A DNA stretch of 38,721 nt from Candidatus Cloacimonadota bacterium (GTDB lineage Bacteria > Cloacimonadota > Cloacimonadia > Cloacimonadales > WRIO01): contig JAKQQL010000415.1 in assembly GCA_029564175.1 (NCBI GenBank), positions 1 to 38,721 on the forward strand, in the 5' to 3' direction. The translations under genes were made by a program, and so were the position numbers. The notes under the pieces are model-generated. The model saw nothing but the letters and a program-made list of their open reading frames with translations, made no database searches and had not been told where the DNA came from. This document shows positions 1-9,184 of the stretch, one piece after another. How positions within the stretch are numbered: the first letter of the stretch is position 1; every line of letters starts with the position of its first letter.

Positions 1-117
1 GCGTTACTCACCCGTTCGCCACTGTCTCTATCCCCGAAAGGATAAATATCGTTCGACTTGCATGCCTAATCCATTCCGCCAGCGTTCGTCCTGAGCCAGG
101 ATCAAACTCTCCGTAAT
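1..117 (-). rRNA. rrs: 16S rRNA, 5' portion (runs off the window start)
   Basis: Reverse complement of 91-110 is AGAGTTTGATCCTGGCTCAG, followed by GACGAACGCTGGCGG, CATGCAAGTCGAACG and GGGTGAGTAACGC. The 5' end is estimated as 7 nt upstream of the conserved motif. Confidence 0.97.
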
Positions 118-247
118 CACGTAAAAATTTATCTTCGACTGTTTGTCACTCCACTTCTATTCGTCTTTGTTAGATCTTTTGCTTCGAACGACTTTCGTTC
201 ATTCTTTAGCCACGACTCTTTCACATCAGCTTTAACTGATAAAACAC

Positions 248-300
248 AATTTACTAACTTCACTTTTTTTGTCAATAACTTTTTTCAACTTTTTTATTTT
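248..300 (-). promoter_or_regulatory. Probable rRNA operon sigma70-type promoter with A-rich UP-like element
   Basis: Minus strand TTGACA (275-270), 16 nt, TAAATT (253-248). A-tracts lie directly upstream; the site is about 130 nt before the 16S 5' end. Confidence 0.75.
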
Positions 301-320
301 CTAAAGACTCTTTCTGTTTT

Positions 321-488
321 TAATTCACTGTAATTTCGGCAGTTTTATATCTCAATATTTTTTCTAATTTATTTCTTAAAAGTGTCTTTTTCGAATCATG
401 ATATATTTTCAATTCACCTGAATATCCACAAAAAGTGGTAATTTTCAAACATATTCTGATGAGATTGATTTAAAGACTTCATTACAGC
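321..488. repeat. Degenerate ~168-bp intergenic repeat, copy A
   Basis: 321-363 vs 6931-6973: 37/43 identical. 427-448 vs 7036-7057: 19/22. TTACAGC (482-488) aligns with TTACGGC (7091-7097). Blocks are collinear within 1 bp. Ends are inverted: CTGTAAT 328-334 and ATTACAG 481-487. Confidence 0.8.
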
Positions 489-507
489 TGAGATGATAAT
501 CTACAAT

Positions 508-541
508 AAAAAATAGCGTACAAGTTAAAAACCTGTACGCT
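508..541 (-). terminator. Intrinsic terminator of the secreted-protein operon
   Basis: Minus strand AGCGTACAGGT-TTTTA-ACTTGTACGCT followed by ATTTTTT, about 20 nt after the stop at 561. Confidence 0.8.
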
Positions 542-560
542 TTATATGATATTCAGTTTC

Positions 561-2186
561 TTATTTTACAATTGTGAATTTCCTGGTTCCCACACATTCA
601 TTACCTAAATAAAGACGAACCAGATACACTCCGCTTTTTAATTGAAGTGTATCATAATCAAAATTTACTTTAGCAATTTGATTATCAACTTTAATCTTTT
701 GCTTGTAAACCATCTGACCCTTGATATTAAATATTTTCAACTGATATTTCGAGTTTTTTTTACTGTCATTTTTGATTTCAATATTTACATTTTGCTTTGA
801 TGGATTCGGATACACCCGTATCTGCGGTCTTAGCGCCGGAACCTGATGATCTTCTGTTGAAATCTGAGGATCCTGTTCAACCCACTGAGGACTGCAATAA
901 AAAACGTATGCCCTCCCGGAAGAACCAACATCTCCTGACCCTCCATAAACAATATCATCATATCCATCTCCGTTAAAATCTCCCATAGCATTCATATAAG
1001 CTCTTCGGCTTGACTCACCCCAGAGTGCATAGTCACGGGTACCATTCTGACCACCCAGTGTCAATAAATGTAATCCTGTTCTGGTTGGACCTGCACCACA
1101 TAAAAAATCACTTTTCCCATCACCATTAACATCACCAAAAGACATACGATCATCAGTTGATATAGTTGGCGTATAGGCATTATAATTTTCTCCGCCTGTC
1201 ATGCTGATATTTGGCACTTCATTGGGTCCGCCAAACAGGATGTGATGACAATTTTCTCCATCAGTATAGGCAATACAGTCATCGTAACCATCTCCGTTAA
1301 AATCTCCAATTGCCTTTGATGCCAAAGATCCAAAAGGCGGATTATGAAAATCACTTATTTTAATATCAGGAATACTATCCGGTTCAGTAGAACCGTAAAA
1401 AATATAGCTGTCCCCGAAATACCAGCTCCCCGGATCAGGCCAAATCTCCACACTGAAGTCATCAAACCCGTCTGCATTAATATCGCCTACTCTATGCATT
1501 TGCCTTCCATAATTATTTATTATGGTCATAAAGTAGTGATCATCGCCACTTCCACCATATATGATTCTATATTCTATTACCCCATCACTTTTAATAACTG
1601 TATATCCCAAATCATCACAGCCATCTCCATTGATATCTCCAAGAGGACTAACATCCATAGGATATGAATCACCATCAACCTCAAAAGTAAAATCAGGGAT
1701 TGTATCTGCATCCACCCCCCCGTGATAGATATCCAGATTATATGGGATATCCTGATTAGCTGAATTATCAGGAAATTTTCTATGCACTATAAAATCGGGT
1801 TGACTGTCTCCATTGAAATCACCTATATTTTTTACAAATCCAAACCAGGAACCATTGTAATGAGCAGAATCCGGCAAAACATGCGGTGCCGAGATGGTTA
1901 AATCAGGCAGATTTGGCAATCCATTTCCAGAACCTAAATAAATATTAATTCTACCGGTAGTAGTTCCACTAAGTGTATCAGAATAAATAACTTTATCTTC
2001 AATAAGTAGTAAATCACAATAGCCATCTGCATTAAAATCCAGAGTACATAACGAACGCGCAAATCCGTGTAGTCCCATTACACCCTGAAGTTCTGTTGTT
2101 GCATCATCTGCTCCGAAATGGGTGATCGCTGTCAGTCCAATTGTAATCAATAAAAGGCAGATCAGCAGTATTTTTCTATTTATCAT
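561..2186 (-). CDS. Secreted FG-GAP (integrin-alpha-like beta-propeller) repeat protein with T9SS type A-like C-terminal sorting domain
   Basis: N-terminal signal peptide and seven DxNxDxxxD Ca-binding loops (e.g. GDFNGDGYDD). C-terminal VYPNP...IFNIKGQ...SGVYLVRL...KFTIVK. AGGAG RBS at 2196-2192. Confidence 0.85.
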   Translation of the reverse strand: MINRKILLICLLLITIGLTAITHFGADDATTELQGVMGLHGFARSLCTLDFNADGYCDLLLIEDKVIYSDTLSGTTTGRINIYLGSGNGLPNLPDLTISAPHVLPDSAHYNGSWFGFVKNIGDFNGDSQPDFIVHRKFPDNSANQDIPYNLDIYHGGVDADTIPDFTFEVDGDSYPMDVSPLGDINGDGCDDLGYTVIKSDGVIEYRIIYGGSGDDHYFMTIINNYGRQMHRVGDINADGFDDFSVEIWPDPGSWYFGDSYIFYGSTEPDSIPDIKISDFHNPPFGSLASKAIGDFNGDGYDDCIAYTDGENCHHILFGGPNEVPNISMTGGENYNAYTPTISTDDRMSFGDVNGDGKSDFLCGAGPTRTGLHLLTLGGQNGTRDYALWGESSRRAYMNAMGDFNGDGYDDIVYGGSGDVGSSGRAYVFYCSPQWVEQDPQISTEDHQVPALRPQIRVYPNPSKQNVNIEIKNDSKKNSKYQLKIFNIKGQMVYKQKIKVDNQIAKVNFDYDTLQLKSGVYLVRLYLGNECVGTRKFTIVK

Positions 2187-2196
2187 GATTTCTCCT

Positions 2197-5100
2197 TTAT
2201 TTTAAAAGCATACATTTTCGGGTTTGAATCAATTGGTCATTAACTTTCAGCTGATAGAAATAAATGCCACTTGACACCGATTTGTTAAAATCATCATTCC
2301 CGTTCCAGATAAGCTGATATTTACCTTTTGTATATTGGGTTGAACAGAGTTTTTTTATCTTCTGTCCCTTGACATTATATATTGAAACTTCAACTCTGGA
2401 AGTTTTTGGAACTGAAAATTCTATGACCGTGGATGGATTAAAAGGGTTAGGATAGTTTCGATACAGCATTTCTTTATCAGGAATTTCAATACTGTCAGAC
2501 TGCTGATAGAGGGATCTGTCTATTTCTTTCCAGTATTTTTCTTTGTTCATTGATAAAACGCTAAAATCTTTTGGTTTCAGGTGTGCAATTTTATAATTAA
2601 TTGCACTTTTTTGCCCTGACAGATCAGCTAAGAGAGAGACAAGCTCTATTTCCATTAATGTCATCAGGGAATCCACAGGATTTGAGCTGTTTAAATACTG
2701 GTCTGTCAAAATATTTAACGCATTTTCGTAATTCTCCTGTGCCAGATAAATCTTTTTCTTTTGATTGTTAACTGAACTGCATACCTGTTGATGAATTACT
2801 TCGTCATTATTGATCAGAGAACTATCTACAACAGCATCCATTATTTCCAAAGCCGGATTATATGAGTTAGAATCGGCTAATGCAATCTGAGTAAACTGAT
2901 TTAAGGCAAGGTTAACATCATCGAGTTCATTCGCATTTTGATCCAACACAATAGATTGGTATAGACTTTTCGCGTAAGACTGATTCGTTTCCTGGACAAC
3001 AAGTGCCTGTTCATATCGGCTTTGTGGACTTCCAACACTATTCTGGTTATTCTGAACATTAGGAGTGGTATCATAATAGCTATTGATAAAATTTACTGTT
3101 CCTGTTCCATTAAAGAGAAAATTCACCTGATTATTAGCCCAGTAATTTCCGCTTACATTAATTGATCGATAAGTAGGTGAAAAAAGTGAAGAAAACCAGA
3201 AATCCCAATTTAATGTACTTCCATAAAAATCATTATGACCATTATACAAATCTATGTTTGCAGAAAAAGCTGATGCATTATACTCTTTAAACTCAATTTG
3301 TTTCCTGAAGGCTTTAAATACATTGTTGGAGTTAACACTTGCATTAACAACAGAGTTATTTGCTAATGATAAAGCCACATCATTATCTTCCAGGAAAGTA
3401 TTAAATTGCACCTTAGGTACACTATTTACTGCTCTGACAGCAGTTACATTACCATTAAATTCATTGGAGCTAACAATAGTATTCGCGTTTGAGTACATCA
3501 TCTCAACCGCAGTTGTATTATCAAGAAACATATTTTGATTAATCAATACATTATTATTGTTCAAAACAATAGCAAGTGTGTTATTTTCAAAAGTATTTAA
3601 ACTGATTAAACTGCTTTTTATTGTGCTAAATCCAGATCTGGTATAATCAATTGCAGTTTGATTATCATAAAAAGAACAAGACAAAATCGTGTCATTGTCA
3701 GCGTAGGATGACAGTTTTTTAATTGCATAATTCAAGTTATCAAACATCACATTTTCACATTTTAAATATCGGGTAGTGTAATTATTTCCTGTATTATATG
3801 ATATATTAATTCCGGTTCCAGATTTACTTCGACTAAATATCCTGGATGGATTTGCTAATGTACCTGTAAGTTTAACTTTACTTCTATTATAACCGGATTG
3901 ATCATCAATATAGATAGCTTGAAGCCCCCCATAGATATTAAACTCAGACTGGCTGATCTGTACAGTCGAGCCATTTCTTAGACGCAATACCTGATTGTAG
4001 CAGTTTGAAAATTGGCTATTACTGATATTTGCCGTTGCATTTTGAACAATAATGCCTATTTGACTATCTTTTATGTTACTGTTCAATATATTTAAAACTG
4101 CATTATCATAACAGTAAATACTATTCCATTTATCGCCATCTCCGGAAATTTGAGAGTTAATTATCTGCAATTCGCCATAAACATTAATCTTCACTCCGCT
4201 TTTTAATATATTGTTAGAATTTTGTGTCAGAATCAGTTTTCCACCCTGATTAACCGTAATTATGGCATTATTATAAATTCTGTTATTCCCGCCTAAAGTC
4301 AAAGTCGCTCCGCTGTTAACAACAACATTCGAGTTAATATAGGTATTACTTACGGTAGTATTTGATGTAACCACCGGATCAACTTTAGTAAACAGCTTGA
4401 GTAATCTTGCTTCCCCGGCTTCTATCGGGATATTACTCATCTCACGGGGTAACTCGTTGTTCAATGACACATTATAAATCTCATAAGTTAACAGATCAAC
4501 AAGAGCTAACTGTCCATTGTATGAGCTAAAGGCAACTACTTGTGGATCCGCTTTTTCAAAATTAGTACTATCAGGATTGACAACATCCAAATTACTGTAC
4601 AAAGATACTTTTAGATTATTATCCCATACCAAGTCTAAATTACCAAATTGATCCGTAATTGTTCTTTTTGCAAATTCTGCTCTGCGATTGACTAAAAAAT
4701 AGTAATTATTTGAACCATCGTCATAGGTAGCACATTCAACATATCCATCATAGCCTTCTTCATATATATCATCATGATTTTCTAAGCCTGAGGGATCATA
4801 TGCACTAGCCTGGACTGTTTGTATGATATTACTAATTTCCTGATTTTGAGAGTGTAAAGTTTTGATACAATCTTTATTCCAATTCAATGGCTTCAATATT
4901 TCAGCGAACTTTAAAATCTTAAAATTAGCATCTTTAACATTATCATAACTACTGGATGTATATATTTCACCTTCTGGTACAGAAGGAAGAATTGGGTCTC
5001 CATTTTTATGCCTGTTTAATAATCCCTTACATCCGAAAACACCATTTGCATCTGGTTCTCCTGATTGCATACTGGTAAAATCAAAATAAATGATTCCATC

Positions 5101-6837
5101 GGCATCGTAACATAATGGTAAATAGGCAAGGACTTTTTGTATAGTTTTGGGAGGTTGCATCACATTTGTCCATTTTAAAAATCCGTTCTGTCTTCTATAC
5201 TCACCATATGATTGGATTACAGGGATAAACTTCCTATCACTAATGTCATGATGACTTAAATTATTTAAATCATCAATGTATTCTCTTGAATATTTATAAT
5301 ACTCATTAAATCGGTCTAAACTGATCTGTAAAGAAGAATAATTATTCTCTTGAACAGTATTCCATTGTCTGATTGTATTAATAGAATATAACTGTGAAAG
5401 GATATATTTAGGATCAGCTTCTCTGGCAAATGTATTACTTTGCAAATGGATTGCTTTTTTCAGACTATTTCCATTTTCATCCCATGCTGAGCTCATATTA
5501 CGGTTTGTAACCGACTGAAAAAGATTTTTATTTCTTCCCAGTGCCCATTGGATATTTTTGTGCATAACATATTCTGGTTGAAAAGGTTCATCATATCCTG
5601 CTAAATTCTGGTATTGGCTCAAGCTGGCAGCAATTGCATTCGCTTCATTTTCATCAATTGATTTTTCGTCATAAATACGAATATAATCAACACCTAAAGT
5701 ATGTTCCCCGGGATAATAGAGCGTAGGGCATAACACAATTTCTTTTCTGGAAAAATCTCTTTGCCTGACTAAATTCCAATTACCAGTAGTAATAATTGAT
5801 TCATCGTAATCTGGCAAAAATTCATAATCTGCCTGATTAGGAATACTTGTAAATGCAACGGTATATGGTATATTATTTTTTATCTTGAATTTGATATGTT
5901 TATAACTACCTATCCCATCATTGTCTTCCCATAATTGGTTTTTTTTAAAGATAATTTCTTTATTAAACATTGTATAATTGTTTTGATCATCATAATTAGG
6001 TTCATTAACCTTTTCCAAAGACAGATGCTTGTACATATAGTAAATTACACCATTAACTTCTTTTGAATAAAGGACTTTAGCACCTAACCGGCAAATCACA
6101 TCATTTTCCGAATAGGAGTTAGCATTATCCCATTTGATTCTTGCTTCCATATAGAAGTATTGTTTAGGGGGATTATAATATCCTACAGTCTGGTTAAACA
6201 ACATAGATATTCCTAAATATGGACTTCTTGAACCAGACCATGGATCAGAAAAGGAATGAAATACATAACCGGCCCCATTATCTGGCTGGCATTTTACATA
6301 TTTTCCTGAGCCTTCACTAGAAAGACAATCTGATTCATCTGTTTCAATTATCAGATCACTTGAAAAAGTATTATTTACCTTGTAATATTTCATATCATAT
6401 GGCCATTTTTTATTCCCTTGAATATAATTGTCTCTTTTATTATAGTCATTAGTGTTTCCGGCATTACTGTTAAACTGATGCTGGGCAGAATATCCCATAT
6501 AATACTCAGCTTCAAACCGCCAATCATTTCCACAGTCATAATAGTATGGTAATTTGACAGTTGGCATAATGCCTTTTGAGGAATAGATATCTAGATTGTT
6601 TTGTCCACCATAGAGTTTTTGAGCTTCCATCACCATATTAAAATTCGAATTTTGCATATAATCAGCCACTACATTATGAGGAATTTCTTGCCTATCCGCA
6701 TGCTGATAAGCTCCAATAATAAAATTTCCTGATGCATTTTGAGCATACAAGAGAGTCAACGGACTAACTATCATACAAATCAAGATAGATAGACAGATAG
6801 ATAGATAGTTTCTTTTTTGCAATGATTTTTGTTTCAT
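2197..6837 (-). CDS. 1546-aa secreted multidomain protein: putative glycoside-hydrolase-like N-terminal region, right-handed beta-helix, helical region, FlgD-Ig/T9SS-like C-terminal domain
   Basis: Signal peptide; Asn-rich beta-helix rungs (NTFENNTLAI, NMFLDNTTAV, NEFNGNVTAV); C-terminal NYPNPFNPST...IYNVKGQ...WNG...SSGIYFYQL...KCMLLK; GGAGG RBS at 6846-6842. The N-terminal function is inferred only. Confidence 0.75.
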   Translation of the reverse strand: MKQKSLQKRNYLSICLSILICMIVSPLTLLYAQNASGNFIIGAYQHADRQEIPHNVVADYMQNSNFNMVMEAQKLYGGQNNLDIYSSKGIMPTVKLPYYYDCGNDWRFEAEYYMGYSAQHQFNSNAGNTNDYNKRDNYIQGNKKWPYDMKYYKVNNTFSSDLIIETDESDCLSSEGSGKYVKCQPDNGAGYVFHSFSDPWSGSRSPYLGISMLFNQTVGYYNPPKQYFYMEARIKWDNANSYSENDVICRLGAKVLYSKEVNGVIYYMYKHLSLEKVNEPNYDDQNNYTMFNKEIIFKKNQLWEDNDGIGSYKHIKFKIKNNIPYTVAFTSIPNQADYEFLPDYDESIITTGNWNLVRQRDFSRKEIVLCPTLYYPGEHTLGVDYIRIYDEKSIDENEANAIAASLSQYQNLAGYDEPFQPEYVMHKNIQWALGRNKNLFQSVTNRNMSSAWDENGNSLKKAIHLQSNTFAREADPKYILSQLYSINTIRQWNTVQENNYSSLQISLDRFNEYYKYSREYIDDLNNLSHHDISDRKFIPVIQSYGEYRRQNGFLKWTNVMQPPKTIQKVLAYLPLCYDADGIIYFDFTSMQSGEPDANGVFGCKGLLNRHKNGDPILPSVPEGEIYTSSSYDNVKDANFKILKFAEILKPLNWNKDCIKTLHSQNQEISNIIQTVQASAYDPSGLENHDDIYEEGYDGYVECATYDDGSNNYYFLVNRRAEFAKRTITDQFGNLDLVWDNNLKVSLYSNLDVVNPDSTNFEKADPQVVAFSSYNGQLALVDLLTYEIYNVSLNNELPREMSNIPIEAGEARLLKLFTKVDPVVTSNTTVSNTYINSNVVVNSGATLTLGGNNRIYNNAIITVNQGGKLILTQNSNNILKSGVKINVYGELQIINSQISGDGDKWNSIYCYDNAVLNILNSNIKDSQIGIIVQNATANISNSQFSNCYNQVLRLRNGSTVQISQSEFNIYGGLQAIYIDDQSGYNRSKVKLTGTLANPSRIFSRSKSGTGINISYNTGNNYTTRYLKCENVMFDNLNYAIKKLSSYADNDTILSCSFYDNQTAIDYTRSGFSTIKSSLISLNTFENNTLAIVLNNNNVLINQNMFLDNTTAVEMMYSNANTIVSSNEFNGNVTAVRAVNSVPKVQFNTFLEDNDVALSLANNSVVNASVNSNNVFKAFRKQIEFKEYNASAFSANIDLYNGHNDFYGSTLNWDFWFSSLFSPTYRSINVSGNYWANNQVNFLFNGTGTVNFINSYYDTTPNVQNNQNSVGSPQSRYEQALVVQETNQSYAKSLYQSIVLDQNANELDDVNLALNQFTQIALADSNSYNPALEIMDAVVDSSLINNDEVIHQQVCSSVNNQKKKIYLAQENYENALNILTDQYLNSSNPVDSLMTLMEIELVSLLADLSGQKSAINYKIAHLKPKDFSVLSMNKEKYWKEIDRSLYQQSDSIEIPDKEMLYRNYPNPFNPSTVIEFSVPKTSRVEVSIYNVKGQKIKKLCSTQYTKGKYQLIWNGNDDFNKSVSSGIYFYQLKVNDQLIQTRKCMLLK
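6783..6808. repeat. Tetranucleotide simple repeat (AGAT)2-AGAC-(AGAT)3-AG inside the signal-peptide codons of the 1546-aa gene
   Basis: Read directly: agatagatagacagatagatagatag. Confidence 0.85.
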
Positions 6838-6851
6838 CTTGCCTCCTTTAT

Positions 6852-6883
6852 TTCTATAAAAAATATGAGTAATTTCTCGTCAA
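6852..6883 (-). promoter_or_regulatory. Candidate promoter of the secreted-protein operon
   Basis: Minus strand TTGACG (6883-6878), about 40 nt before the ATG. The -10 region is A/T-rich but poorly defined. Confidence 0.45.
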
Positions 6884-6930
6884 GAGTTTTTTTATAATAA
6901 AAAGAGAATTTGTGAAATACTCATTTTCCT

Positions 6931-7097
6931 TATTTCACTGTAATTTTGTCAGTTGTAAATCTCAATAATTTTTGATTTCGACTTGATTTTTTTGTTCTTT
7001 TCAGAATATGATCACTTGTTTGTTATGCTTAAAAACACGAAAATTAGTAATTTTCAATAAACTACTCAAGAGGTTGGATTTATAGTATGCTTACGGC
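6931..7097. repeat. Degenerate ~168-bp intergenic repeat, copy B
   Basis: Collinear similarity to 321-488 (37/43 and 19/22 blocks), same orientation. Confidence 0.8.
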
Positions 7098-7219
7098 AAT
7101 CAACTTTCCTGGCAAACATACCAGTACTAATAACCTGTCGATACTTGTTTTGAGAATTACAGGGATAATGCCCCTTGATCCCTACAAAATCTTATTTTTC
7201 ATGTAATATGATTCCCTGC

Positions 7220-7247
7220 TTGACAAAAGCATCTAACTCTTAAAAAT
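7220..7247 (+). promoter_or_regulatory. Candidate promoter of hldD
   Basis: TTGACA at 7220-7225, TAAAAAT at 7241-7247, AGGAG RBS downstream. Confidence 0.55.
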
Positions 7248-7279
7248 GAAATCAGAATAAATGCATACAGGAGTGAATC

Positions 7280-8242
7280 ATGATAATCGTAACAGGCGGT
7301 GCCGGATTTATCGGCAGTGTAATCGTTTCAAGACTCAATCAGGCAGGAATTAAAGATATTGTAATCTCTGATTCATTAAAACAAACTGAAAAATGGAAAA
7401 ATCTCGTTGGCAAGCAATATGCCCTCTATATAGATAAATCAGAACTCTTTCAATTTATCAAAGACAGAAATGATATCAAATGTATCATCCATATGGGAGC
7501 CTGCTCATCGACAACCGAAAAGGATGCAGACTATCTGGCAATGAATAACTATCGTTATAGTATATCACTCGCTCAGTTTGCCATTTCCAAAAACATTCGT
7601 TTTATTTATGCATCCAGCGCAGCGACTTATGGAGACGGATCAAAGGGATTTTCTGATTCACCTGAAAAAATCAGAGATTACAAACCCCTAAATATGTATG
7701 GTTATTCCAAACAGATGATGGATGAATGGGTTTTACAAAATAATATGTTGGATAAAGTAGTCGGCATTAAATTCTTCAATGTGTTTGGTCCGAATGAATA
7801 TCATAAAGGGGATATGACCAGTGTGGTTTTTAAATCATATTACCAGATTCTCGCAGAAAGTAAAATCAGACTCTTTAAATCCTACCATTCTGAATATGCC
7901 GATGGCGAACAGAAACGCGATTTTATCTATGTCAAAGATTGTGCTGAGATTATCTTTCAGTTAATTGAGCATCCTGAAATCAATGGTATCTTTAATCTGG
8001 GAACCGGTCAATGCCGTTCCTGGAAAGACCTTGCCAATGCCGTATTCCAGGCTATGGATAAAGAATCTTCGATAGATTTTATCGATATGCCGGAACATCT
8101 CAAGGAAAAATATCAATACTACACTCAGGCAGATATGACTCAGTTAAAAAGTAAGGGTCTTGATTTTAACTTCATGTCTCTGGAAGAGGCTGTGAAGGAT
8201 TATGTTCAAAACTATCTGATGAAAGAGCAGAAACATCTGTAA
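7280..8242 (+). CDS. hldD: ADP-L-glycero-D-manno-heptose 6-epimerase
   Basis: MIIVTGGAGFIGS, HMGACSSTTE, YASSAATYG, PLNMYGYSK, FNVFGPNEYHKG, YQYYTQAD. Confidence 0.93.
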   Translation: MIIVTGGAGFIGSVIVSRLNQAGIKDIVISDSLKQTEKWKNLVGKQYALYIDKSELFQFIKDRNDIKCIIHMGACSSTTEKDADYLAMNNYRYSISLAQFAISKNIRFIYASSAATYGDGSKGFSDSPEKIRDYKPLNMYGYSKQMMDEWVLQNNMLDKVVGIKFFNVFGPNEYHKGDMTSVVFKSYYQILAESKIRLFKSYHSEYADGEQKRDFIYVKDCAEIIFQLIEHPEINGIFNLGTGQCRSWKDLANAVFQAMDKESSIDFIDMPEHLKEKYQYYTQADMTQLKSKGLDFNFMSLEEAVKDYVQNYLMKEQKHL

Positions 8243-8259
8243 ACAAGAAAAGAGAAACT

Positions 8260-8595
8260 ATGGCAACTGATAAGGATTTCATTGAATTTGTGGTCAGTCA
8301 GATTGACCTGCCCTACCCCATTCGCTATGTTAAAATGTTTGGAGAATATGCACTTTACTGTAATCATAAGGTAGTTGCCCTGGTTTGTGACAACCGGATG
8401 CTGGTAAAGAATACAGAAGAAGGCAAGGCTTTCATCGGTGATTATATTGAAGGAATTCCCTATCCCGGAGGAAAACCCTGTTTCCATATAGAAGAAAAGC
8501 TTGAAGACAGTGAATGGCTCAGTGAGTTATTAGAGATCACCTATAACGCCTTACCTGAGCCAAAACCAAAAAAGAAAAAGAAAAGTATCTTATAA
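8260..8595 (+). CDS. TfoX/Sxy N-terminal domain family protein
   Basis: KMFGEYALYC...ALVCDN.MLVK.T and PYPGGKP motifs; 111 aa with a Lys-rich tail. Confidence 0.8.
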   Translation: MATDKDFIEFVVSQIDLPYPIRYVKMFGEYALYCNHKVVALVCDNRMLVKNTEEGKAFIGDYIEGIPYPGGKPCFHIEEKLEDSEWLSELLEITYNALPEPKPKKKKKSIL

Positions 8596-9138
8596 TATAT
8601 CTAATAGGGAAAGAGTATGCTTTTCTGTTTCAAACAGCATATCTTTCCCTTTTTTCAATTCTGTAAGTCCAAGTCTATCAATCAATTTCTCATAACCTGA
8701 ATAATCCCATTGAACGGTTTTAATAAAACAATTCTTTTCTACAGATTCATCATAAATTTCATTCAGCTCAATCAATAAGGGTAAACCAGCTCTACTTAAC
8801 CACAAAGTATGATGTTTCTGAGACTGCCAACTGTGTAAATGAAGATACCATCCACTCTCATTAAGTTTTTCCAGATAGTCGTCAAATGAGTTTACATTGA
8901 TAGCAATATGATGCAAGCCGGTTCCTCTTTTGAACAATGCCTTTTGATAAGGTCCTTCTGCAATCGCTTCTATGAGCAGCAATCTTGCTGACTGTTTATC
9001 ACTGCCAATATAGATTTCTTTTGTTCCTTCGCCAGGATAAACATTAATATCCCCTGTTTCAAAGTTCAAATCTTTTATCAGTTGAAGACTTTTATCTACC
9101 GATTCAACTAATATTGCCACATGATCAAGACATACCAT
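8590..9138 (-). CDS. VOC (glyoxalase / methylmalonyl-CoA epimerase-like) family protein
   Basis: LDHVAILV, GLHHIAINV and LIELNE metal-binding strand motifs; AGGAGG RBS. Confidence 0.75.
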   Translation of the reverse strand: MVCLDHVAILVESVDKSLQLIKDLNFETGDINVYPGEGTKEIYIGSDKQSARLLLIEAIAEGPYQKALFKRGTGLHHIAINVNSFDDYLEKLNESGWYLHLHSWQSQKHHTLWLSRAGLPLLIELNEIYDESVEKNCFIKTVQWDYSGYEKLIDRLGLTELKKGKDMLFETEKHTLSLLDIL

Positions 9139-9184
9139 ACATCCTCCTTTAATGATATAATTTTGAATCTACCCTTTTAAAAAG

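Noticed and set aside
964..1307. Identical 20-mer CCATCTCCGTTAAAATCTCC at 964-983 and 1288-1307
   Set aside because: Explained by two GDFNGDG FG-GAP repeats; it is not a CRISPR or DGR repeat, and no reverse transcriptase is present.
8590..8595. TTATAA acting as the stop codon on both strands for convergent genes
   Set aside because: A common compact arrangement in A+T-rich genomes.
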